From the NCBI GenBank assembly GCA_002269645.1, contig NIVC01001383.1:1-64000 (forward strand): DNA of 64,000 nucleotides, read 5' to 3'. Position 1 is the stretch's first letter. Each line of letters starts with the position of its first letter. Shown one piece after another: positions 50,449-63,943 of this stretch. The DNA is from Macrostomum lignano (taxonomy: Eukaryota). A program made the position numbers and the translations under genes. A model generated the notes under the pieces. That model saw nothing but the letters and a program-made list of their open reading frames with translations, was not told where the DNA came from and searched no databases.

Positions 50449-53207
50449 ATGCCAGCCTGCGACTCGAATCCCGAGGCAACCTACAAAGCCGTTATCTTGC
50501 TAGGCGGCCCGGCCAAAGGAACGAGATTTCGTCCGCTGTCACTCGACCAGCCGGTTCCATTGATGTCCATCGGCGGCTATCCGTTGATATTTCATCACGT
50601 TGAGGCGTGCGCAGCCGTGCCTGGCATGCGAGAGATCATCCTGATTGGCTACTATCCCAAAGATCAGCTAAGCCAGTTTGTTGACGAATGCCAGCGCAAG
50701 TTCGGCATCAGGATGCGCTATTTGCAGGAGTTCACGCCGTTGGGCACAGCGGGCGGTCTGTATCATTTCCGGGACCAGATTATGCTGGGCGATCCGGCCG
50801 CCTTCTTTGTTATGAACTCTGACGTCTGCTGCGATTTCTCTTTGGCCGATATGCTGGCTAAGCATAGGCCCGGGACCTATACTGTGATGTGCACGGAGGC
50901 TACTAGGTCTCAGAGCGTGCAGTACGGCTGCGCGGTCATACGGAAGGGCACGGACGAGGTGAAGCTTAGCCTACATGTACATGTGACTGGTTAGGGGGTT
51001 TAGTTTGCATTTCTAAGCTCTTCTCTGTCACTACTCTCACCGAACTTTAATCCCCCCGTCTTGCCAGATATTTCCCTCTCCCTTCTCTACCGCTCTCCCC
51101 CGCTCTCTTCTCTACCGCTCTCCCCCGCTCTCTTCTCTACCGCTGTCCCCTGCTCTCTTCTCTACCGCTCTCCCCCGCTCTCTTCTCTACCGCTCTCCCC
51201 TGCTCTCTTCTCTACCGCTGTCCCCTGCTCTCTTCTCTACCGCTCTCCCCCGCTCTCTTCTTTACCGCTCTCCCCCGCTCTCTTCTCTACCGCTGTCCCC
51301 TGCTCTCTTCTCTACCGCTCTCCCCTGCTCTCTTCTCTACCGCTCTCCCCTGCTCTCTTCTCTACCGCTCTCCTCTGCTCTCTTCTCTACCGCTCTCCCC
51401 TGCTCTCTTCTCTACCGCTCTCCCCTGCTCTCTTCTCTACCGCTCTCCCCTGCTCTCTTCTCTACCGCTCTTCCCTGCTCTCTTCTCTACCGCTCTCCCC
51501 TGCTCTCTTCTCTACCGCTCTCCCCTGCTCTCTTCTCTACCGCTCTCCCCTGCTCTCTTCTCTACCGCTCTCCCCTGCTCTCTTCTCTACCGCTCTCCCC
51601 TGCTCTCTTCTCTACCGCTCTCCCCTGCTCTCTTCTCTACCGCTCTCCCCTGCTCTCTTCTCTACCGCTCTCCCCTGCTCTCTTCTCTACCGCTCTCCCC
51701 TGCTCTCTTCTCTACCGCTCTCCCCTGCTCTCTTCTCTACCGCTCTCCCCTGCTCTCTTCTCTACCGCTCTCCCCTGCTCTCTTCTCTACCGCTCTCCCC
51801 TGCTCTCTTCTCTACCGCTCTCCCCTGCTCTCTTCTCTACCGCTCTCCCCTGCTCTCTTCTCTACCGCTGTCCCATGCTCTCTTCTCTACCGCTCTCCCA
51901 TGCTCTCTTCTCTACCGCTCTCCCCTGCTCTCTTCTCTACCGCTCTCCCCTGCTCTCTTCTCTACCGCTCTCCCCTGCTCTCTTCTCTACCGCTGTCCCA
52001 TGCTCTCTTCTCTACCGCTCTCCCATGCTCTCTTCTCTACCGCTCTCCCCTGCTCTCTTTTCTACCGCTCTCCCCTGCTCTCTTCTCTACCGCTCTCCCC
52101 TGCTCTCTTCTCTACCGCTCTCCTCTGCTCTCTTCTCTACCGCTCTTCCCTGCTCTCTTCTCTACCGCTCTCCTCTGCTCTCTTCTCTACCGCTCTTCCC
52201 TGCTCTCTTCTCTACCGCTCTCCCATGCTCTCTTCTCTACCGCTCTCCCCTGCTCTCTTCTCTACCGCTCTCCCCTGCTCTCTTCTCTACCGCTCTCCCC
52301 TGCTCTCTTCTCTACCGCTGTCCCATGCTCTCTTCTCTACCGCTCTCCCATGCTCTCTTCTCTACCGCTCTCCCTGCTCTCTTTTCTACCGCTCTCCCCT
52401 GCTCTCTTCTCTACCGCTCTCCCCTGCTCTCTTCTCTACCGCTCTCCTCTGCTCTCTTCTCTACCGCTCTTCCCTGCTCTCTTCTCTACCGCTCTCCTCT
52501 GCTCTCTTCTCTACCGCTCTTCCCTGCTCTCTTCTCTACCGCTCTCCCATGCTCTCTTCTCTACCGCTCTCCCCTGCTCTCTTCTCTACCGCTCTCCCCT
52601 GCTCTCTTCTCTACCGCTCTCCCCTACTCTCTTCTCTACCGCTCTCCCCTACTCTCTTCTGTACCCCGTTCTTATAAGATCCCGTAGATCCGTCAGAATA
52701 ACCATTAAAGAGAAACTCATAGGCTTGGGTACTTTTGAAAAGCTCAACAATACAGCACTGATCCTCATCAACATTTTCACCTTGATTTGAATTCAAGTCA
52801 GGTGTCTATATACCATATATCTAATCAATGAAACTCCTATTCAGATAATGCACTATGTAGAGAAGCCGGCCACATTTGTCAGCACAATGATCAATTGCGG
52901 CGTGTACATACTCAGCCCCAGCATTTTTCAATACTTAAAATCGGCCGTTAAAGTGCACAAAGATGCACATTTCACGTGAGAAACTCTGCTCCATACGTTC
53001 TAAATTTTGAGTTTTTACAAAATATTAACAACTGCGCCTTATGCATGCATTAATAATCTATAAATCTATTCCTTGCAGCTTCGATCTGTCCTCTCAGTGC
53101 AACGAGTGCGTTCAGATGGAACAAGAGGTATTCCAGCCATTGGCTAGTCGTAACTGCCTATTTGCTTACGTCACGACCCGCTTCTGGAGTCAGGTCAAAA
53201 CCGCTGG
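50449..53207 (+). CDS. GMPPA: Mannose-1-phosphate guanyltransferase alpha, 5' exons only (50449-50958, 52845-52975, 53079-53207)
   Basis: KAVILLGGPAKGTRFRPLS (alpha-type), YLQEFTPLGTAGGLYHFRDQI, HYVEKP..INCGVY, FWSQVKTAG; C-terminal beta-helix exons not found in the window. Confidence 0.92.
51085..52660. repeat. 25-bp pyrimidine-rich minisatellite (ctctcttctctaccgctctcccctg)
   Basis: Period 25, GMPPA intron 1. Confidence 0.97.
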
Positions 53208-53324
53208 GTGAGGCTTCCGTATATATATAGATTCTTTTCACTGTTGACAATACTGCAGGATAGCGAGATACTGCGTAGTTGTAATTCTCGACTGTGTAAC
53301 ATTCTCAAGCTCTTCTCTGCCGCT

Positions 53325-54560
53325 CTTCCCGAACTTTACTACCTACTCAGTTCTGTTCCCGAACTTTACTACCTACTCAGTTCTCTTCCCGAACTTTACC
53401 ACCTACTCAGTTCTCTTCCCGAACTTTACCACCTACTCAGTTCTCTTCCCGAACTTTACCACCTACTCAGTTCTCTTCCCGTAGTTTACCACCTACTCAG
53501 TTCTCTTCCCGAAGTTTACCACCTACTCAGTTCTCTTCCCGGATTTACCACCTACTCAGTTCTCTTCCCGGATTTACCACCTACTCAGTTCTCTTCCCGA
53601 AGTTTACCACCTACTCAGTTCTCTTCCCGAAGTTTACCACCTACTCAGTTCTCTTCCCGAAGTTTACCACCTACTCAGTTCTCTTCCCGAAGTTTACCAC
53701 CTACTCAGTTCTCTTCCCGAACTTTACCACCTACTCAGTTCTCTTCCCGAACTTTACCACCTACTCAGTTCTCTTCCCGAACTTTACCACCTACTCAGTT
53801 CTCTTCCCGAAGTTTACCACCTACTCAGTTCTCTTCCCGGATTTACCACCTACTCAGTTCTCTTCCCGGATTTACCACCTACTCAGTTCTCTTCCCGAAG
53901 TTTACCACCTACTCAGTTCTCTTCCCGAAGTTTACCACCTACTCAGTTCTCTTCCCGAAGTTTACCACCTACTCAGTTCTCTTCCCGAACTTTACCACCT
54001 ACTCAGTTCTCTTCCCGAACTTTACCACCTACTCAGTTCTCTTCCCGAACTTTACCACCTACTCAGTTCTCTTCCCGAAGTTTACCACCTACTCAGTTCT
54101 CTTCCCGGATTTACCACCTACTCAGTTCTCTTCCCGGATTTACCACCTACTCAGTTCTCTTCCCGAAGTTTACCACCTACTCAGTTCTCTTCCCGAAGTT
54201 TACCACCTACTCAGTTCTCTTCCCGGATTTACCACCTACTCAGTTCTCTTCCCGGATTTACCACCTACTCAGTTCTCTTCCCGGATTTACCACCTACTCA
54301 GTTCTCTTCCCGAACTTTACCACCTACTCAGTTCTCTTCCCGAACTTTACCACCTACTCAGTTCTCTTCCCGAACTTTACCACCTACTCAGTTCTCTTCC
54401 CGGATTTACCACCTACTCAGTTCTCTTCCCGAACTTTACCACCTACTCAGTTCTCTTCCCGGATTTACCACCTACTCAGTTCTCTTCCCGAACTTTACCA
54501 CCTACTCAGTTCTCTTCCCGAATTTTACCCCAATTCAGTTGTCTTCCCGAACTTTACCCT
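53325..54560. repeat. 29/30-bp minisatellite (cctactcagttctcttcccgaaYtttacca)
   Basis: Period 30 with 29-bp variants. Confidence 0.97.
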
Positions 54561-54986
54561 CTTTTTGATAAAAAAGCAAACAAAAAATATAAATTTGCAT
54601 TTCTGAAAGATATCTATTTTGAGCAGATTTGTTTGTTAGAGCTGAAGATTTAAAATTTTGTAGAGCGTTTAGTCAATCAGTGAAAAATATCGCTTAGCTA
54701 TAAATACTCGTAGAAAGTCGAAAATCAATCCAGACCACAAAACTGAGGTTTGACCGGTTCTCTTCATCTGCTTAGTAGCTGATTGCAATATATATGAAAA
54801 GGTAGTGGCTATTTTACTGTACAATAGAGGAAATTATAAGACAATAGAGGAAAGAAGAATACGTACGAAGCGACACTGTGCGTTAGACATTAGTAGGCAG
54901 CTGTTCGTTTTGCACAAACCGTGTGTCCTCTCCATCAATCATCGAGTTGCACAAAAAATCCGATTTCGGATGGATTCAACGAGGCC

Positions 54987-57900
54987 TCATTGCCTTCCAT
55001 TGTCGTGACTCTCTCCGATGCTGACTTGGCCGGAGTTGGAGGAGCCGAGCAGTTCAGTTAATCTCGAAGGTTGGCCCAGCTGTTCGCTTGTGGCTTCTAA
55101 GTAGGTAATGCGTCGTTCGATTCTATGCCTGGTTGCGGCATCTAGCAGAGGCGAATTATCGCCCGGTACATCTGGCAAGAATGCGCTGCTGCAAGCTGGC
55201 CGAAATGGCCCTCGAATGCGACGCAGACTTGCGATCAATTGATCTGCATTTGCTTGCCGTGCATAAACCTGGTGACAGCAGTACGCACTTCTAGCCTTCA
55301 GATTGTCCACTTTGGCTAAGAGAACTTCAACTTCTAGTCTTTTGTCCTTTAATTCCTTCGCGATACTTTCAAATGCCTGCAGGATATTGAGCTTCTCCGA
55401 ATTCATCAGCTCAACTTGGCTGTTCAAAGACCGAATTTGGCAGCTTTTTTCTTCCAGATGCAACAATAGCGTCTTTAATTGATGAGCAGTATCAGCCGCG
55501 GGATTTTGCTCTACATCGGCTGCTGTCCCGACGAAGCTAGTCTGTGTGTGCGTTTCTGCAGTAACCCGAGGCTCCAATGACTTTTGTCGATCGATTTGAG
55601 CACTCGGAGATTCAGCAGTTTCATTGAATTCCTTTAATTTTGTCATCGCTTCGGCCAGTTTGCATCGCTCAGCTTCCAACTGTTCTTCAGCAGCCTTTCG
55701 ACAATCGATTTCGGTAGCTTTCAGCTGCATAACACTGCTCAGTTGCTTTGATAGCTCAGCAACTTGAATAGCACTCGCATTCAGCTCCTTTGTCAGATCA
55801 CTTGTTGAAAGCTTTTCGGCTTGAAGCTGTTTTTCTACAGCGATTCGCTGTACCGTCTCTTGATCGATCTTGTCAGTCAGCGACAGATTCTCAGCACGAA
55901 GGAAGTCTATTTCAACGCCGCAAGCTTTAAGCTCTGACTCGAGATCGCCTTGCATCCGATCTTTAGCTGTCCTATGTTCGTCAATGATTTCCTTGAACTC
56001 TTTGCTGAATTCTAACTGAGCATCAATCAGAGATTTAAGTTCAAGACATTTCGATTCCAAAATTTTTACCTGTTGTAACAATCCGTCGCATCGTTGAGTC
56101 GCACTCTGAATAGCGAAATTTTTCTCTCGAATTTGCACTTTCAGCCTCACTATCTCGCTGGACTTTTTATCAATTTCATTAATTAAGTCTCTCTCGCGAG
56201 TCTTTGCTTGATTCTCCAGCATCTGTCGGTTTTTCTGCTCTTGCATATGAGCAGCACTCAGCACTCGAGCCTCTTCAACTGATTCCTTGAGCTGCGCTTG
56301 TATTGTTTCCAAGTGTTGATTGTACTGTTCCGCATCCAGCTGCTTGGAGTCAGTAAGGCTAGCAATCTGTTCGGCTGCATCCTTGAGCTCAGCCTTTATT
56401 GTATGTATCTGTTGAGCATCACACTGTTTTGACTCTGTCAGACTAGCAATCTGCTCGGCTGAATCTTTGAGCTCAGCCTTCATTCTTTCTATCTGTTGCT
56501 GGTACTGATCAGCATCGAGCTGCTTGGATTCTGTCAAGCTCGCAATCTCTTCAGTTGCATCCTTGAGTCGACCCTTCATTGTTTCCAGTTGTTGAGCATC
56601 AGGCTGCTTGAACGCGGTCAGACTAGCAATCTGTTCAGCTGCATCCTTGAGCTCAGCTTTCATTGTTTCTATCTGTTGATTGTATTGATCAGCATCATGC
56701 TTCTTAGACTCAATCAGTGTAGCTATCTGTTCAGATGCACTCTTAAGCTCAGACTTCATTGTTTCGAGCTGTTGATGGTATTGATCAGCATCATGCTTCT
56801 TGGACTCAATCAGTGTAGCTATCTGTTCAGATGCACTCTTAAGCTCAGACTTCATTGTTTCGAGCTGTTGATGGTATTGATCAGCATCATGCTTCTTGGA
56901 CTCAATCAGTGTAGCTATCTGTTCAGATGCACTCTTAAGCTCAGACTTCATTGTTTCGAGCTGTTGATGGTATTGATCAGCATCATGCTTCTTGGACTCA
57001 ATCAGTGTAGCTATCTGTTCAGATGCACTCTTAAGCTCAGACTTCATTGTTTCGAGCTGTTGATGGTATTGATCAGCATCATGCTTCTTGGACTCAATCA
57101 GTGTAGCTATCTGTTCAGATGCACTCTTAAGCTCAGACTTCATTGTTTCGAGCTGTTGATGGTATTGATCAGCATCATGCTTCTTGGACTCAATCAGTGT
57201 AGCTATCTGTTCAGATGCACTCTTAAGCTCAGACTTCATTGTTTCGAGCTGTTGATGGTATTGATCAGCATCATGCTTCTTGGACTCAATCAGTGTAGCT
57301 ATCTGTTCAGATGCACTCTTAAGCTCAGACTTCATTGTTTCGAGCTGTTGATGGTATTGATCAGCATCATGCTTCTTGGACTCAATCAGTGTAGCTATCT
57401 GTTCAGATGCACTCTTAAGCTCAGACTTCATTGTTTCGAGCTGTTGATTGTACTGCTCCGCATCAAGCTGCTTAGAATCAGTAAGGCTAGCGATCTTTTC
57501 AGTTGCATCCTTGACCTGAGCCTTCATTGTTTCCAGTTGTTGATGGAACTGATCAGCATCCAGCTGCTTTGACTCTGTCAAACTGGCAATCTGTTCAACT
57601 GCATCCTTGAGCTCAGCCTTCATTGCTTCCAGCTGTTGATTGTACTGGTCCGCATCAAGCTGCTTGGACTCGGTTAGATGCGCAGTCTTTTCAGATGCAT
57701 TCTTAAGCTCAGCCTTCATTGCCTCTATCTGTTGCTGATGTTGGTCAGTATCGAGCTTGATGGTCTCAGTCAAGCTAGCAATCTTTCCATTTGCATCCGT
57801 CAGGTCAGCCTTCATTGCTTCCAGTTGTTGATGGAACTGGTCAGCATCCAGCTGCTTTGACTTTGTCAAACTGGCCATCTGTTCAGCTGCATCCTTGAGC

Positions 57901-60900
57901 TTAGTCTTCATTGCTTCCAGCTGTTGGTTGTACTGCTCCGCATCAAGCTGCCTGGAGTCAGTCAGGATGGAAATCTGTTCAACTGCATCCTTGAGCTCAG
58001 TCTTCACAGTTTCTATCTGTTGATTGTACTGATCAGCATCATGCTTTTTGGACTGAGTCAGGCTAGCAATCTGTTCCAATGCATTCTTAAGATCAGCCTT
58101 CAGTGTTTCCAACTGTTGAGCATCAAGGTGCTTAGACTCGGTCAGACAAGCAATCTGTTTAGCTGCATCTTTGAGTTCGGCTTTCATTCTTTCTATGTCT
58201 TGATTGTATTGATCAGCATCAAACTTTTTCGACTCAGTCAGGTTATAAATCTCTTCAGATGCATTCTTGAGCTCGGACTTCATTCTTTCCAGCTGCTGAT
58301 TGTACTGCTCTGCATTTTTAAGCTCAGTCGTCATTGCCTCTATCTGTTGCTGATGTTGGTCAGTATCGAGCTTGATGGTCTCAGTCAAGCTAGCAATCTT
58401 TCCATTTGCATCCGTCAGCTCAGCCTTCATTGCTTCCAGCTGTTGATGAAACTGGTCAGCATCCAGCTGCTTTGACTCTGTCAAACTGGCAATCTGTTCG
58501 GCTGCATCTTTGAGCTGGGCTTTCATTGCTTCCAGCTGTTGGTTGTACTGCTCCGCATCGAGCTGCTTGGACTGGGTCAGATTAGCAATCTGCTCAGCTG
58601 CATCTTTGAGCTGGGCCTTCATTGTTTCTGTCTGTTGGTTGTACTGCTCTGCATCGAGCTGCTTAGCCTGGGTCAGATTAGCAATCTGCTCAGCTGCATC
58701 TTTGAGCTGGGCCTTCATTGCTTCCAGCTGTTGGTTGTAATGCTCCGCATCAAGCTGCTTAGACTGGGTCAGATTAGCAATCTGCTCAGCTGCATCTTTG
58801 AGCTCAGTCGTCATTGCTTCTATCTGTAGATGAGATCGGTCAGCATCAAGCTTCTTGGACTCAGTAAGGCTAGAAATCTGTTCAGCTGCATCCTTGAGTA
58901 CAGCATTCATTCTTTCAATCTGTTGATTGTACTGATCATTATCGATCGTCTTGGACTCAATCAAGCTAGTCATCTGTTTGGCAGTATTACTCTGTTCAAC
59001 TGCATCCTTGAGCTGAGCCTTCAATGTTTCAATCTGTTGCTGGTATTGATCAGTATCGAGCTGCTTCGATTTGGTCAAACTAGCAATCTGTTGGCCTGCG
59101 TCTTTCAGCTGAGCTTCCATTCTTTCTATTTGCTGATGGAACTGATCAGCATCGAACTGCTTGGACTCGGTCAGACTAGCAATCTTTTCAGCTGCATCCT
59201 TAAGCTGAGCCTGCATGGTCTCAGTCGTTTCACTGTGTTGGTCAATATTAAACTGTCTTGTCTCATTCAGTTTTGAAACTTGTTCAGTCGCATCATCAAT
59301 TTGAGTGTTGAGGATCTTAATCTGTTTGCTATGATGCTCAATCTCGCATCGCCTAGTCTCGGACAGACTACGCAGCTGCTCTTGCAGCTCACCAATATGG
59401 TCATCTTTTTTAGACAGTCCTTGTTGCATTTCGATCAGATGCTGTGTTTTATCAGTAAGTCTCTGTTCAAGCGTCTTGATATATTCGTGATCAGTCTTTC
59501 TTGCCTCCAGAAGGCTCCGCAGCTGCTCCTGTAACTCTTCATTAAGTCCAATTTTTAAGTTGAGCTCCGAGGTAAGAGAGCTTGCAGATTGTTTCTCAGA
59601 GTCCAACTGTTCTTGTAGTCGTATCACGCCCGTCTCGCTCTCCTGCCTCTGAGTGAGCGCATCGAGCTCTTGCCTGTACCGCTCGATTTCACTATTTCTG
59701 TCCTCCAGCTCAGCCAGAGCCCGAATGAGTCGCTGCCTCTCATCGGCGAGCTCCTGTCGCAGCTCAGCGATCTGCGAGTCGCTAATTGGCGTAGTATCAT
59801 CTTGAGTGCTGACGTTTATCTTATTGCCAAACTTGTCCTCTGCATCTTGCAGTTGCCTATTCAATTCTCTCATCTCTTGGCTCATTTGTCCTAGTTCGCT
59901 CAGAACTTTTCTGAGTCTAGCTCGCTCGTCTTGCAACATTTGCTCTCGCTTTTCCACTGAATCATCAGAAAAGTTGCCTGTCTGCTGGCCTTCGCTTTCA
60001 CTTGCTCTAGCAATCAAGCGATGAAGAGCCTCTTCATTGTGCTCCAGCTTCTGCTGCAGGCCAATCAAAGCTTCAGGTTCGACACCCTGACGCCTATCGG
60101 AAACACCTAAATTCATCCTCGGACTGGTAGATGCCAACTCCGACTTCTCGTCGCTGCTCGTCGCCTCTGTTGTCATTGGAGAGCAGCGGTCAACTCCGTC
60201 TTGCCGGGCCGACTCGTCGGTCAGGTGAGCGAAAATCGTCGCGTCCTGGCAGGCGCTGGACGTCTCGGACTCGCCGGCTGCGCTGGTCAGTCGGGTTCGC
60301 TTCGCGGCTTCATCAGGTCTGGGAGACAAACTGCTTTGTTGTGATGATAGGGTACCGTGCTCTTGTCAACGATTTTTTTAATTGAGCATATCGTGGTTCA
60401 TGCCAATATTTTAAAAAGAATAACTTAATAGTACAAAATTACGAATGTCAAGGAAACCTTCTCTTGCGACTCTAATAGGAATAAAAGCTCCATGGATGCT
60501 AACCCATTGATCTGAGAAGGAACTGCATTTAATTGATCTTTAATAGTCCCGTTTTCTTGCGTTTGATAATAAAAAATCACTGGAAACTATAAAATCTATG
60601 CAGTTGATTTCTGTCACAAACTGTTTAGAGTAAATAAGTAAACTCACCTGTCCAGCTCCATCTCGATGTTCCAGTCAGCCCTGTCGGGAGCCACGTCCAT
60701 CGTTACCGCCGATTCAGTTGGCGGGTTCGACAACTGAAAATGCAGCAAAAGACTTTAAATTAACATTAACATAGCTCTTTAAAGTCGATATGATTCAACG
60801 TTCTTACGAGCTACTAGCAATCAGCACTCCCCCCCTGTTGGAGGCAACAAAGAAACGAAAAATGTTTTCACCCTGTATTGTTAGTACAGTATATTCTAAG

Positions 60901-62754
60901 GAAAATGATTTTTAAAGCACAAAAGCATCAGCCCTGAAAGCCAGATATTTAGCTCCCAAGATATCAGCATCCCCTGTAAGCTTTGGTATCAAAGCCTCCC
61001 TTTAACCCTAACTCTTCCTTTGATCTACCTTTGGCTTGACCTACCAGCCACTTACAGTTGACTCTTGGCATTTCAGCAACCCCCTCATAAGTATTGGCAT
61101 CTCATCGATTACCCCGTGGGTCTTAGCGTCTCAGCAATTCTCCCCAAGAGCCACAGCATTTCAGAAATTCCCTCCCCGAGCCTTGACATCTCAGCAACCC
61201 CCCATAAGCCTTGACATCTCAGCAACTTCCCATTATAGCCTTGACATCTCAACAACCCCCCCCATGAGCCTTGAATCCTCAAAACTCACCCATGAGCTTT
61301 GACATTTCAAAACTCACCCATGAGTCTTGACATTTCAAAACTCACCCATGAGCTTTGACATTTCAAAACTCACCCATGAGTCTTGACATTTCAAAACTCA
61401 CCCATGAGTCTTGACATTTCAAAACTCACCCATGAGCTTTGATATCCTAAAATTCACCCATGAGTCTTGACATCTCAGCAATTTCCCCTGCAAGAGTTGA
61501 CATCACAGTGATTCTCCCCCAAGAGTCACAGAATTATAGTAATCCCCCCGAGCCTTGGCATCAAAGCAATTTCCGAAATGAGCCTTGAAGTCTTGGCGCT
61601 TCCACAAATAATCTTTTATGTTCGACATGGTGGTTATTTTATGGTTTAATCCTCCCTAACCCTAACTGTGCTTAAAGTCACAGCATATCAGCCATCCTCC
61701 CATGAGCCACAGCATTTCAGCAATCCCCCCATAAGTTTTGGCATCTCAGCAATTCCCCATGAGCCTTGAGCCTTCAGCCACAGTATTTCAGATACCCCCA
61801 TGAACCCTGACAACCCAGCAGTTCACCCCCTCCATGAGCCTTGACATCTTAGCAATTCGACCACCAGTCTTTTATGGTTAAACACTAACCTTGCCCTAAC
61901 CCTGCCCCTAAACCCACCTAAAATTTCCAACTAAAATCTAACAAGAAACTGTCATAATACCTTCGTAAGGTGTTCATCACTCTTCGATCCGGTTTCTGTA
62001 TCTTCCATGGTCTAAAAAATGAAGGTTGCTTGTACGCGGTAGCATGCTAATACTGCATATTTGTGCAGCTTAAAGGTATAAGTGGGTTTAAACCTGTTCA
62101 TAAATACCATTAAACACCTTCTGTATCTAGATCTAGGTTGTTTCTCAGTGTTTCTCAAAATACAGCTGCCACTACATTTTGGCTTTCATCGAAAACATCG
62201 TGATGGATGCTAAGACATCCGGATATCACATAAAGCAGATCTGGATCCACTAATTCAACACTAAGCAGCCCAGCAACAGCAACTCACCAAAAGATTCGGC
62301 CGCATCATTTCAATCTCAGTAGGCAAGCAGTGGCTGCTGTTTGAATTTTTACCGTCCTCGCCGCCTTCTTCGCCACCGCTAGCGCAGTTCTGACTATTAG
62401 AGTCCGCAAGTTTATTAACGTCATCCGACATTTTTATCTACAAGAAATTACAATACTAACCGCTTAATTTGTGGTTAGAAGTCAGGCTGAGCTTCCTAAC
62501 TTCAAGGCGATCGAAGCAAATTCTAGACAACTGATTTCTTGTTAAGAAGGCGTCAAATTTTAACAAATACAACAACAGGCAGATCAATAAATTTATATCT
62601 ATGGCCAAACGTAATTGCCCGGGAGCTAAAATAATGCAGGGTAGTGAAATAAGTTTACAAAAACAGAAGTGCACACACACTTGAACATTCTTGCTTCTTT
62701 TTAAAAGAAAACTTACGAAACCACATCTGAACCGGAGACAGTCTCTGCCGTCAT
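54987..62754 (-). CDS. Giant coiled-coil protein with ~30 32-aa repeats; exons 62754-62717 (tentative), 62393-62288, 62011-61961, 60733-60648, 60318-54987
   Basis: 5.3-kb open last exon; upstream exons have canonical sites and compatible phases (2, 0, 0, 2); repeat KKHDADQYHQQLETMKSELKSASEQIATLIES (96 bp). Confidence 0.85.
61080..61860. repeat. Degenerate ~28-bp minisatellite (tgagYcttgacatYtcaRNa..ccca)
   Basis: Tandem units, homogeneous core 61290-61470. Confidence 0.85.
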
Positions 62755-63480
62755 TACTTGACTGTCCGAAGTTTCACATTTAACAGTATCGGAACCGGCG
62801 CATGAAGCTGGCTGGATATAGGTTTACTGGCTTTGCCTTATAGACCTTATGTTCATTCTGCAGTTCTGGATGGAGCCAAAAATCACTGTTTTACCATGCG
62901 ATAGTGCGAGTGATTTACGGTTTCAGGAACTTCATAGTCTTCATAGTTTCTCGGCTCTGTACGTTGAATGATGTGGACCATGCTAAGCTGTCTAATTGCC
63001 AGCCGCTCGAATAACAAATTGTGCCAGCGGCACGGAAGCATCCTTGTCTTCTCCTTGTACTTTGAATAGTGCATAATCAATACAATAATATACAATAGTA
63101 TCATTTCTTAATGCCTACTCTAGAGGTTCTTGGGGTTTTTTCAGAATCATAGTGCCATTTGGCATCCCAGGCCCTCTAAAATATTCAACGAAAAGGAACG
63201 GGTGAATTCGTATTTGAACTCACGAAATGCATATAGTAAATCGAGTTAAAGGCAAATTAGAAACAAGAAAGAACGTAAAAGCAACAAACAAACACATTTC
63301 AAGACAAAGTGCCGCTGTAGCAGTCGCAGAGCACGCGAATAAAAAGATTAATTTTATGCATCCCACTTTGCCTGTACGCCTTGTCTATGTCGCTAGTGCT
63401 TTGCTAGCGGAGATTCTCACTAAGTAACCTCCGCTGCCATAGACAATAAAATTAAAACCGTGAGTCAGATCGAGTTGATT

Positions 63481-63943
63481 CATGGATGAAGGAATAGAAA
63501 TGATTGCTCATCTGAAAGCGAGTCTATGACCAAGACTTCCTAAAAATTGGGATATTACCCCCATGAATTTCATTGGCTGCTTGAATTTAATAAGTCCCCC
63601 CCCCCCAATTTTTTAATGGCTGAAGCTTGTACGCGGGGGAAATTCAACGCGCATGCTAGGCTGTGGTATTAACATAGATAACCTTTTCTCTTGTTTCAAA
63701 TGCTAATTTCTTTCCCTTAAACGTCCTAGCCCAAAGGAAGAAAGCAGTTATAGATGTCTAACGTTAATCGTGACTTTGGAATTCCCCCCCGTACAAACTG
63801 CAGCAAGTAAGAAATTAGGGGACTATTATTAAATTCAAGCAGTCAATGAAATTCATGGGGGGGAATATCCCAATTTTAAGGAAGGGGGTCTTGGCCATAG
63901 ACTCGCTTTCAGATGAGCAATCCTTTCTATTCCTTCATCCATG
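63481..63943. mobile_element. P-element-like MITE, 463 bp, ~170-bp imperfect TIRs
   Basis: Starts CATGGATGAAGGAATAG, ends CTATTCCTTCATCCATG; flanks aGTTGATT / gGTTGATT. Confidence 0.88.

Noticed and set aside
51061-54653. Long ORFs 51061..52677, 51875.., 51900.. and 53208..54653
   Set aside because: Stop-free by-products of 25-bp and 30-bp intronic minisatellites
56496-60024. Plus-strand Leu/Cys-rich ORFs
   Set aside because: Antisense shadows of the 96-bp-repeat coiled-coil exon
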